Shown here: piece by piece, positions 1-7,628 of the stretch
How the letters are laid out: each line of letters starts with the position of its first letter
How positions within the stretch are numbered: position 1 is the first letter of the stretch
Source of the DNA: Nitrospirota bacterium
GTDB taxonomy: Bacteria; JACPQY01
DNA: 38,063 nucleotides
Direction of reading: 5' to 3'
NCBI GenBank assembly: GCA_016180645.1
Contig: JACPAV010000007.1
Span: forward strand, 166,888-204,950
Translations under genes and position numbers: made by a program
The notes under the pieces: generated by a model
Database searches by the model: none
Told to the model about the DNA's origin: nothing
Seen by the model: only the letters and a program-made list of their open reading frames with translations

Positions 1-2
1 CC

Positions 3-443
3 GGCAACCTTTTCATCGTGCCGGGGCCGAAACTCGCACTTCTGGATTTCGGCCTCTCGAAAGAAATGGACCCCAAGTTCCTGCCGAATTTCATCGGGTT
101 GGCCGCCGCCATCTACGGGAAGGATCCGAAACAGGCGTCGGAATGCTTCCGTGAACTGGGGCTGCGGGTCCTGAATCAGAAAGAAGATACCTTTCTGGAA
201 TTCTCGGAGTTCATCATCAAGAACATGGATGACGTGATTTACAAGAACCCCAAAAAAATCGACTACCAGAGCATCATGGATCAGGTGCTGGAGATGGTTC
301 GGACGCATCCCGTAGTGAACATCCCGAGTGATTTCGTACTTCTCGGACGACTCCTGGGCCAGCTCTCCGGCATCGGGCGCCAGCTTGGGGTGAGCGTGAA
401 CATGCAGGAAGTCCTCCTCCCTCATCTGGCCGGCGCGCGGTAA
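3..443 (+). CDS. ABC1/UbiB/AarF-family atypical kinase, C-terminal part (5' end outside the window)
   Basis: The frame is open from the window edge: GNLFIVPGPKLALLDFGL (kinase catalytic loop end plus DFG). The C-terminal 'IPSDFVLLGRLLGQLSGIGRQL' is typical of ABC1 proteins. Confidence 0.8.
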   Translation, partial: GNLFIVPGPKLALLDFGLSKEMDPKFLPNFIGLAAAIYGKDPKQASECFRELGLRVLNQKEDTFLEFSEFIIKNMDDVIYKNPKKIDYQSIMDQVLEMVRTHPVVNIPSDFVLLGRLLGQLSGIGRQLGVSVNMQEVLLPHLAGAR

Positions 444-448
444 CCGCA

Positions 449-512
449 GTACCATGTTGCTGAAGTCTTTGAGCAGATATGGAATCCGTTTCCAGTGTTG
501 GCAACATGGTAC
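449..512. repeat. 12-bp perfect inverted repeat (GTACCATGTTGC ... GCAACATGGTAC) with a 40-bp spacer
   Basis: Arms read directly at 449-460 and 501-512. Confidence 0.7.
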
Positions 513-580
513 ATACGCCCCGCCGCCATGCAGAGTGTCGAAATGAGAGCGGGGCTACCGTACCGCGCGCCAGCGTGTAA

Positions 581-1150
581 TTGCTCAATCAACTCCTCAA
601 CGCGGTACTAGACTTGGCAACCCTGATCGGCGTCGGCTCCAACGTAATCTTCACCGGTTTCATGGGGGCCGGGAAGACCACTGTGGGAGGCATCGTGGCC
701 GCGCGGTTGGGGCGGGCTTTCCACGACGTTGACGTCCTCATCGAAAAGGATTCCGGGATGAGTATCAACGACATTTTCGACCGACGGGGCGAGGCTTTTT
801 TCCGGGACGAGGAAACCCGCATGCTCACCCGGTTGGAATCAGCGGAGCAGGCCGTGATGGCCACGGGAGGCGGGATCGTCCTGCGCGAGGAAAACTGGGC
901 GATCATGAGGCGGATGGGAAAAGTGGTGTCCTTGCTCGCGTCGGCCGACGTGCTCTATGAGCGCGTGAAAGACCTTGCCCATCGGCCCCTCTTGAAAGTG
1001 GTCCACCCCAAGGATGAATTGGTCCGGTTGCTCGGCCTCCGGGCGCCGCTCTATCGGAAGGCGGATCTGTTGATCGATACGGATCGGCGCACCCCCGAGG
1101 ATGTGGCCGCCACCGTGCTGCGCGAACTGGGTCTTCTGCCGAAATCCTGA
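581..1150 (+). CDS. aroK: shikimate kinase (start uncertain, may be about 614)
   Basis: P-loop GFMGAGKT, GEAFFRDEE, ATGGGIV, RPLL lid motif, RAPLY. Confidence 0.93.
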   Translation: MLNQLLNAVLDLATLIGVGSNVIFTGFMGAGKTTVGGIVAARLGRAFHDVDVLIEKDSGMSINDIFDRRGEAFFRDEETRMLTRLESAEQAVMATGGGIVLREENWAIMRRMGKVVSLLASADVLYERVKDLAHRPLLKVVHPKDELVRLLGLRAPLYRKADLLIDTDRRTPEDVAATVLRELGLLPKS

Positions 1151-1190
1151 AAACGAAATCTTTATTTAGGCGTGCGGGAGATCGAACCCC

Positions 1191-2660
1191 TCATGACGAT
1201 GGGACGTCTTCTTCAATCGCTCGGAACTGCCCCAATGCGGATTCGAGGTCATCGGCGATCTCGGCAGCGATGACGCCCGGGGAGGGAAGATTCGCCCACT
1301 CTTCGAGAGATTCGTCCTTCAGCCAGAAGATGTCGAGGTTGGCCTTGTCCCGCTTGATGAGTTCGTCGTAGGAGAAGGACTTGAACCGTTCGCTCTCCTT
1401 GCGTTGGTGACGGTTCTTCGGGTTGAAGCAGCGAACGAAATCGTTCAAGTCCTCGCGTTTGAGCGGGTTCTCCTTGAGCGTGAAGTGCATGTTCGTCCGG
1501 AGATCGTGGATCCAGAGCTTTTGCGTCCAGGGCTTTTCGCCGGCAGGTTTTCGGTCGAAGAACAGGACGTTCGCCTTCACGCCTTGCGCGTAGAAAACCC
1601 CGGTGGGCAGACGCAGCAGGGTGTGAACGTCCGCCTGATGAAGGAGCTTCCGGCGAATCGTTTCCCCGGCGCCGCCTTCGAAGAGGACGTTGTCGGGGAC
1701 AACAATCGCCGCCCTGCCGTGCTGTTGGAGCAAGGTGAACACGTGCTGGAGGAAATTGAGCTGTTTGTTGCTCGTTGTCGCCCAGAAATCGTCCCGATGG
1801 ATGGTCAGGCTTTCGCGCTCGGCGCGCCCCTCGTCGTTCACAATGGTTACGCTGCTCTTTTTCCCGAAGGGCGGATTCGTTAGGACCATTTCGTAGTGGC
1901 GTCCGCCCTGGTCCGCCAGGGCATCCCGGACATCGATGGGAACCTTGTCCGCGCCATTCCCGCCGATGCCGTGAAGGAGCAGGTTCATGCAACAGAGCCG
2001 GGCGACGCCGTCAACCAGTTCAAGGCCGTAAAGCGTCCCGCTCTTGAGGCGTTTCTTCTGTTCGCGGTCCAACGTGTGGTGCTTGGCGATGTAGTCGTGG
2101 GCGGCGAGGAGGAACCCGCCCGTTCCGCACGCGGGGTCGCAGACGGTCATGCCCGGTTCAGGCCGCATCACCTCCACGAGGGCGGCGATGAGCGGACGCG
2201 GCGTGAAGTACTGGCCGGCGCCGCCTTTCACGTCCTCGGCGTTTTTCTGGAGCAGGCCCTCGTAGGCGTCGCCCTTCACGTCGGCGGATAGGGACGACCA
2301 ATTTTCCTTGTCAATCAGGTCCACGATGAGTCGCCTGAGTTTTGCGGGGTCCTGAATCTTGTTCTGGGCCTTTCGGAAAACGAGTCCGAGCATGCCCTTT
2401 TCTTTTCCGAGCGATTCCAAGACGCGCCGGTAATGCGTTTCGAGTTCTTCGCCGTCGCGGGCCAATAGACTCGGCCAGTCGGAACCTTTCGGAACGGGTG
2501 AGGGCTTGTTGAGCGGAGGTCGCGTCTGCTCGTCCGCCATCTTGAGGAAGAGAAGGAACGTCAGTTGCTCGACGTAATCGCCGTACGACAGCCCATCATC
2601 CCGAAGGATGTTGCAATAGTTCCAGAGCTTCTGGACGAGTTGTTGGGAATGTTCGGCCAT
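1191..2660 (-). CDS. hsdM: Type I R-M methyltransferase subunit (N6-adenine)
   Basis: N-terminal LVQKLWNYCNILRDDG, GQYFTPR, motif I DPACGTGGFL, motif IV NPPF. ATG 2660 preferred; the ORF track start is 2681. Confidence 0.95.
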   Translation of the reverse strand: MAEHSQQLVQKLWNYCNILRDDGLSYGDYVEQLTFLLFLKMADEQTRPPLNKPSPVPKGSDWPSLLARDGEELETHYRRVLESLGKEKGMLGLVFRKAQNKIQDPAKLRRLIVDLIDKENWSSLSADVKGDAYEGLLQKNAEDVKGGAGQYFTPRPLIAALVEVMRPEPGMTVCDPACGTGGFLLAAHDYIAKHHTLDREQKKRLKSGTLYGLELVDGVARLCCMNLLLHGIGGNGADKVPIDVRDALADQGGRHYEMVLTNPPFGKKSSVTIVNDEGRAERESLTIHRDDFWATTSNKQLNFLQHVFTLLQQHGRAAIVVPDNVLFEGGAGETIRRKLLHQADVHTLLRLPTGVFYAQGVKANVLFFDRKPAGEKPWTQKLWIHDLRTNMHFTLKENPLKREDLNDFVRCFNPKNRHQRKESERFKSFSYDELIKRDKANLDIFWLKDESLEEWANLPSPGVIAAEIADDLESALGQFRAIEEDVPSS

Positions 2661-2691
2661 ATCTACAGTGGTCCCAGACATCTGTTCGGAT

Positions 2692-3696
2692 TCATGCCAG
2701 CGTGTATCGTCCGGATTTTCTTGTTCCGCTGCGTTCTACCAGCTTCGCATCAATAAGCGGCGTAAGCAGATCCAGTGCCCCTTGTTTCGAGATCTTCAAG
2801 GCTTTCCAGATTTCAGCGGGCCTCATACCGCCACGGTCGCGAAGCAATTCGAGCAACTGTTCCTGTTTCGGTCTGAGCAGGAGCTTCTCTCCATGACATC
2901 CGGTAGACCATTCCCGGATTCGGCCCCAAACGTTTTCCAAGGTCACATGGACACCCTCGGCGGTATATTCGAGCCAGCTCGTCAGATTGCCGTCTGCCCG
3001 CTTGGGCTCGTCCAGGGCTTCGTAATATCGGTGCCGGTCGTTCCAATAGAACTCATCAACCGAGAAAATATGCTGCGTGTCGAAGCCTCGTCGGTACAGT
3101 TCCCACAAAGCCAGAATTCGGCCGGTCCGTCCGTTTCCATCGGCGAACGGGTGTATGTCCTCGAATCGGTGATGGACGACGGCCGATGTGATGACCGGCG
3201 ACCACCGGAGCGAACGATCGTTCCACCACGCCAATAGTTCAGACATCAGGCCGGAGACTTGCAAGGGAGGCGGGGGCATGTGCTTCCCCACCCTGACTTG
3301 AATGTCCCGATACCGGCCTGCTTCCCCTTGTTGCATGACCCCCGTTGAGATAAGGCGGTGGATTTCCAGAACATGCCCGTGAGTCACCACCTTCACGGAA
3401 GAATTCTTTTCAACGTATCGTAGGGCCGCCAGATGGTTCAAAACCTCGCGTTTTGACCGGGGCGTGGCGTCCGGCAGCGATTTGCCTTCAGCCAGTGCGC
3501 GCACTTTCTCCAACGTCAGTGGGTTTCCTTCGATTGCCGTGGACGAGTGGGCCGTTCGGGTTCGGCTGTCCCTTTGAAGTTTCGGGACCCATGGCGCCTG
3601 GAGGGTGGACATGAGGATTTTCTCGCGCAGGGCCGCGATCTTCTCGATCCACTCGACGAGGAGGCCGGTTACCTGAAAGAGGGGTTCGTATGCCAC
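2692..3696 (-). CDS. Fic-family protein with a probable C-terminal winged-helix domain
   Basis: Fic motif HPFADGNGRTGR and N-terminal inhibitory-type motif SSTAIEGN. The C-terminus resembles an HTH plus wing (LKISKQGALDLLTPLIDAKLVERSGTRKSGRY). Confidence 0.9.
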   Translation of the reverse strand: MAYEPLFQVTGLLVEWIEKIAALREKILMSTLQAPWVPKLQRDSRTRTAHSSTAIEGNPLTLEKVRALAEGKSLPDATPRSKREVLNHLAALRYVEKNSSVKVVTHGHVLEIHRLISTGVMQQGEAGRYRDIQVRVGKHMPPPPLQVSGLMSELLAWWNDRSLRWSPVITSAVVHHRFEDIHPFADGNGRTGRILALWELYRRGFDTQHIFSVDEFYWNDRHRYYEALDEPKRADGNLTSWLEYTAEGVHVTLENVWGRIREWSTGCHGEKLLLRPKQEQLLELLRDRGGMRPAEIWKALKISKQGALDLLTPLIDAKLVERSGTRKSGRYTLA

Positions 3697-3702
3697 CCCG
3701 TC

Positions 3703-3749
3703 ACACTACAGATAAGTCCAGTATTAGTCAAGTATGAGTCAACCGTCAA
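3703..3749 (-). promoter_or_regulatory. sigma70-like promoter for the Fic gene, overlapped by 11-bp tandem repeats; probably gives a leaderless mRNA
   Basis: TTGACT (3731-3726), N17, TAGTGT (3708-3703), then 6 nt to the GTG start at 3696. Repeats: TTGACTCATAC / TTGACTAATAC / TGGACTTATCT. Confidence 0.6.
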
Positions 3750-3778
3750 GGGTCCGGGTGTGTCCAGACCCGGCACCT

Positions 3779-3881
3779 GCCCGAGGATGCGGCGTGCAAG
3801 TTGGACTGGCGGAGGCGGGAGGCGCGAGAGAGGTCGGAGGCGACGAGTTTTTCGATCTCCTCGACCGCGCTCAGGCGGCGC
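3779..3881 (-). repeat. hsdS 3'-end copy 4 (fragment without a TRD)
   Basis: Translates RRLSAVEEIEKLVASDLSRASRLRQSNLHAASSG. About 72/88 nt identical to hsdS 9621-9708 by hand count. Confidence 0.92.
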
Positions 3882-4500
3882 ATTGAGAAGTGGGCCCCGT
3901 CCTCAGACTCTCCAGCATCTTCCTGATCTCGCGATAGCATTTGTCGAAGGAATCGGAATTGCGGGCCGTGGCCATGTCGAACACGGCGGCTAATGCCGGC
4001 TGATCATCCGTTTCAGAATAGCTCTCGCCGCTCGACATATGCGCACTTAACCAACCCTTTGCATCGCGGATGCCCTCCGGATCTGGAGGAGTCGTGATCC
4101 TTGTTGCCAGGTTACGCTTGCCGCACAATGATCCCACCGCCGCAATGAACCACGCTTCGAATTCCCTTTTTGCCAGGATTACGGAAATGAGTGTGTCGCC
4201 CCGGGCGCGCCGCGCGCGTTCCAGAAGAATCGGCCCTTCCCTCGCTGGGCAGCAACCATTCCAATCACAGTCAAGAATTACGAGGATTCCACCTCGCCCC
4301 CGGAGCTTCCTGGCGGCAAGCTCGACCGAGCGCTCGACTTCTCCAGCCTTGATGAGGCGTGAGGCGGGCACCCGAAGGGGAGGCAGGACATGAGGGACGA
4401 AGCCGGCATCTATCTCCTGCGCGATTCGGCGCACAAGAATCGGAACGGCCTCGATTTCCCCGTGGCCCTCCACAATTGCCGCAATTCTCACTTCCATCAT
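3871..4500 (-). CDS. DUF4276-like TOPRIM-fold protein
   Basis: N-terminal IVEGHGE, LDCD (DxD) and EFEAWFIA motifs. Overlaps the ATPase stop by 4 nt (ATGA). Confidence 0.75.
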   Translation of the reverse strand: MMEVRIAAIVEGHGEIEAVPILVRRIAQEIDAGFVPHVLPPLRVPASRLIKAGEVERSVELAARKLRGRGGILVILDCDWNGCCPAREGPILLERARRARGDTLISVILAKREFEAWFIAAVGSLCGKRNLATRITTPPDPEGIRDAKGWLSAHMSSGESYSETDDQPALAAVFDMATARNSDSFDKCYREIRKMLESLRTGPTSQCAA

Positions 4501-5720
4501 GCTTTCAGATCGGCAAAGAGATCCAATTGCGAAGGGACGATCTTGTCTAGAGCTTCCTCATCCGGTTCCAATTGGTTGAGTCGCATGAGTTCGCCGGCGC
4601 TGTACAGACGATCTCTGATGGCTGACCTACCGGCGTCGTCGAGCGGTCCGATCTTGGTTTCTCCATTCCGATTGATTACAGCCAGGATGTTATGGTCCGC
4701 GATTTCCTTATCGTCCAACAGATCGGGGCTGTGACTGGTTACCGCCGTCTGAGTGGTTCTCGATGCAGCGCGCAATCCATCCCGCAATACGCCGGCCGCG
4801 CCGGGGTGCACCGCAGCTTCCGGCTCTTCGATGCCCACGAACAGAACTTTCTTTCGGCCGCCATCGGATGACTGAAATAGTGCGGTCAAGACGCCAAGAG
4901 CGCGCAGGGTGCCGTCGGACATGTTCTCAGCCATGAACCGCCAAGGATCCCGGCTGGTTCCCACGAGCTGGCGAAATTCCAGCGTTTCCTTCTTGCCGAT
5001 ATGTTTGACGTCTATGCCTTGGATGCCCGGTACCACCTTGGAGAGCAAACCTACGATGCGAGCATGCAGATCCTTGTTTTCCCTTTCCAGTACCCCTAAC
5101 ACGCTCGCCAGATTACTCCCGTCACGCTTGAGGACGCTTCCGGGATCGGGGGGCTGTAAGTCGCGGATTTCGTCTGGGTTCAGATTATAGAATCCCATGT
5201 GGGACAGCGCATCATAGATTGGCCTGAAGGATGGCAAACCCGCCGCTGCCACCAGGTACAAACGATCACATGCCGCGGGGGGTGTTACGTCCATGCTGGA
5301 CTGCTTCACACTACCGTCGATCACTTTGTAAAAGTTCGCGGGCAGGCGGCCCTTGTCACGAACATGGCATTCTTCCTGCTGGACCTCGAATCCCCCCTTT
5401 TTCTGAGCACCGACACGAAAGGCATAGAATCCCTCGCTTTGATCCGGCAACCGCCAATCCACGCGGATGCCGAAATGGGTTGGATGCCCCGATGACCGCC
5501 GCCGAACCTCATTGATCCCGCCACGGTCTCGCAGGGCGTGCTCCAGAGATGAATTGATGGAATCGGAAACCAGCCGTAGAGCGTCGAGAAAGTTGCTCTT
5601 GCCTGCGCCGTTTTGTCCGACGAGGAAGGTCAACGGACCCAATGCGACAGAGCACTCCTTGATGCTCTTATAATTGTTCAGTACCACCCTGTTCAGAAAA
5701 ATAGAATCAGGCACCATCAC
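4497..5720 (-). CDS. ABC-type (AAA_21/AAA_15, SMC/RecF-like) ATPase
   Basis: LNNYKSI, Walker A GQNGAGKS, signature MSDGT, Walker B/D-loop IEEPEAAVHP, H-loop TSHSP. Confidence 0.9.
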   Translation of the reverse strand: MMVPDSIFLNRVVLNNYKSIKECSVALGPLTFLVGQNGAGKSNFLDALRLVSDSINSSLEHALRDRGGINEVRRRSSGHPTHFGIRVDWRLPDQSEGFYAFRVGAQKKGGFEVQQEECHVRDKGRLPANFYKVIDGSVKQSSMDVTPPAACDRLYLVAAAGLPSFRPIYDALSHMGFYNLNPDEIRDLQPPDPGSVLKRDGSNLASVLGVLERENKDLHARIVGLLSKVVPGIQGIDVKHIGKKETLEFRQLVGTSRDPWRFMAENMSDGTLRALGVLTALFQSSDGGRKKVLFVGIEEPEAAVHPGAAGVLRDGLRAASRTTQTAVTSHSPDLLDDKEIADHNILAVINRNGETKIGPLDDAGRSAIRDRLYSAGELMRLNQLEPDEEALDKIVPSQLDLFADLKA

Positions 5721-5767
5721 CTCCCGGTTCGCCAGAGTACCGAAATTCGTTTCATAGTGTATAGACG

Positions 5768-5795
5768 CTTATACTGCACTCGGTGATTCTTTCAA
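5768..5795 (-). promoter_or_regulatory. possible sigma70 promoter for the ATPase-DUF4276 cassette
   Basis: TTGAAA-N16-TATAAG about 50 bp upstream of the ATPase start. Confidence 0.35.
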
Positions 5796-5877
5796 ACGTC
5801 GGGTGCCCATCACCGGGGATTTCGGATACCAAAGCATTCGTGGCGGGTAGGGATCTCACCGGTTCCTACCACAGATC

Positions 5878-6003
5878 GCCGGAGAAGGCGGCGTGCAGGA
5901 TGGACTGGCGGAGGCGGGAGGCGCGGGAGAGATTGGCGGCGACGAGCTTCTCCAATTTTCCGACTGCGCTCAGCCGGCGCTCAGCCTCGGCGACGATGCG
6001 GTC
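5878..6003 (-). repeat. hsdS 3'-end copy 3
   Basis: Translates DRIVAEAERRLSAVGKLEKLVAANLSRASRLRQSILHAAFSG. About 100/110 nt identical to hsdS 9621-9730, including a 44-bp perfect run. Confidence 0.95.
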
Positions 6004-6028
6004 GTATTCATCCGATGATGATGGTAGG

Positions 6029-6095
6029 CCCCTCATCCCGCAAGATATTGCAATAATTGCCAGAGCTTCTGGACGAGTTGTTGCGGACTGTTCAC
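6029..6095 (-). pseudogene. hsdM 5'-end fragment with a +1 frameshift
   Basis: GTG-NSPQQLVQKLW[+C]NYCNILRDEG versus HsdM MAEHSQQLVQKLWNYCNILRDDG. Positions 6060-6083 are identical to 2622-2645 (24 bp). Confidence 0.92.
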
Positions 6096-6126
6096 GTCCC
6101 ACCAATCAACGAGACGCCCCCCTTTC

Positions 6127-6894
6127 TCAAGAAGAAAGGTGGCCTAGCGCTTGGTCTTTCTGGGACCAATAGAGTGGTTGAACTTCGTAATTTCGCAGGA
6201 CGTTCAAATACTCTTCATTCGGAGGGTTCACCGGATCGTTGATTATGGTAAACGCCTGCAAAGGTTCTGGCCTGATAAGTTTAACATCGGCGACCGCGAA
6301 CGCGAACAAGGTCGATTGTTCCCTCGTGAGGTTGTTAATGGCTTGGAGGACTCTCTCCGGACACTTGCTCGATTTTGGAAGGGCGAAATCGAACTTGTGA
6401 TCAATGCCACCTTTTCCGGCCAGCTTGAAGTCTCTGAAGACGGATACCCCCCGCTCGCTGAGGAAATGCGCCACGTCTTCCTTGAAAAAAGACACGACGT
6501 GTTCTTGGCCCATGACGAATAGGTCGCCGATGGCCAGGATTGCTTGAATCAGATTGTGCTTCTTCTGCGGAAAATCGTGTTCACCACTCGTGACAACGAT
6601 ATCATCGTTCTCCCGGCGAACGCCAAATCCGTTCAGAATTGCCGTAAGATGAGCGTTCCGTTTTTCGGTGGAAAACTCAAGCCCCGATGCTCTGAGATCG
6701 CCTAAAGTCTCCCCGTCGTCGGTGAGAAGAAGCATTCCGTTCCTCTTTTCTACAAATATCTCAATGGCATCATTGAATCTGTCGAGAAACGGCGTGGTGA
6801 TACGGCAAGCCTCCCCCACCTTGGTGGCAGAAAACTCCTCTCTCAGCCATCGAAGGTATCGCTCAATCAGCACTTGGCAGTCATTCTTTGTCAT
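6127..6894 (-). CDS. DUF1828/DUF1829-like protein with a restriction-endonuclease-like C-terminal domain
   Basis: ITTPFLDRFNDAIEIFV, LTDDGETLGDL, and FKEDVAHFL...GKGGIDHKFDF motifs recalled for this family. ATGA overlap with the upstream gene. Confidence 0.75.
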   Translation of the reverse strand: MTKNDCQVLIERYLRWLREEFSATKVGEACRITTPFLDRFNDAIEIFVEKRNGMLLLTDDGETLGDLRASGLEFSTEKRNAHLTAILNGFGVRRENDDIVVTSGEHDFPQKKHNLIQAILAIGDLFVMGQEHVVSFFKEDVAHFLSERGVSVFRDFKLAGKGGIDHKFDFALPKSSKCPERVLQAINNLTREQSTLFAFAVADVKLIRPEPLQAFTIINDPVNPPNEEYLNVLRNYEVQPLYWSQKDQALGHLSS

Positions 6895-7361
6895 GGCTGG
6901 AAGGTGGTTTGAAACTCGGGCCGGTTCAGAATTGCACAGAACGCAAGGAATTTATCGAACATCGCGAAGTCCGATCCGTCACCTCCAGATGGCCAAGACG
7001 GCAAGTCATGGAGTTCGTACGCCACGGCTACATCAAAGCCCTCACGATAGATGTGCAGATGGGTTCGATCTATCCTGATACCGGGTTTGTAAGGCGCATT
7101 GGGAGGGTTCTTGTGCGGTCTTGCCTTGAGGCAAAGCCGGGCCAGAACAATGACAACTCGTCCCCGCGTTTGATAGTGCACCTTGAACTGATCGCGCTTG
7201 CTGCGGTCATAATTCAAGATGAACACCTCTCTCTGATCCGTGGAACGCAGAGACCTCTCGTATTTCATCGGCGTGCTGGGGGAGAACTCTATGAGAGTCC
7301 TTTCCAGGAACTCCTTGGGAAGAGCCAGCAAGAAATCAGCTTCAGACTGAGTCAGCGGCAT
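6891..7361 (-). CDS. DUF6978-like conserved protein (partner of the DUF1828/1829-like gene)
   Basis: LTQSEADFLLALPK, LARLC..ARPHKNP, and THLHIYREGF His-containing motifs. Confidence 0.6.
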   Translation of the reverse strand: MPLTQSEADFLLALPKEFLERTLIEFSPSTPMKYERSLRSTDQREVFILNYDRSKRDQFKVHYQTRGRVVIVLARLCLKARPHKNPPNAPYKPGIRIDRTHLHIYREGFDVAVAYELHDLPSWPSGGDGSDFAMFDKFLAFCAILNRPEFQTTFQP

Positions 7362-7441
7362 TCGTGCCTGATCATTTCTGCATCCTTAACAAAGACGCTC
7401 ATCACGACGTCTCTGCCGGAGGGGATGCCCATTTGTTTCAG

Positions 7442-7469
7442 AGTATACTTTCTCCGGCTGATTAGACAA
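7442..7469 (-). promoter_or_regulatory. possible sigma70 promoter for the DUF6978-DUF1829 cassette
   Basis: TTGTCT-N16-TATACT just downstream of hsdS tail copy 2. Confidence 0.45.
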
Positions 7470-7497
7470 CTTCCCCATCGACCTCACGCGGAAGCAG

Positions 7498-7626
7498 ATT
7501 TCCGGAAAATGCCGCGTGGAGAATGGACTGGCGGAGGCGGGAGGCGCGGAGGAGGTTGGCGGCGACGGTCTTTTCAAGTTCTTCAACCGCGCTCAAGCGA
7601 CGTTCGACCTCGACGATGATGCGATC
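7498..7626 (-). repeat. hsdS 3'-end copy 2
   Basis: Translates DRIIVEVERRLSAVEELEKTVAANLLRASRLRQSILHAAFSGNL. About 92/110 nt identical to hsdS 9621-9730. Begins directly after the stop of the TcmP-like gene. Confidence 0.95.
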
Positions 7627-7628
7627 AA

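Noticed and set aside
1168-1191. tRNA T-arm-like sequence (GGGGTTCGATCTCCC, minus strand) right after hsdM as a possible att scar
   Set aside because: The stem is imperfect at the normally invariant G-C pair, there is no CCA or rest of a tRNA, and no matching copy is seen at the other end of the locus.
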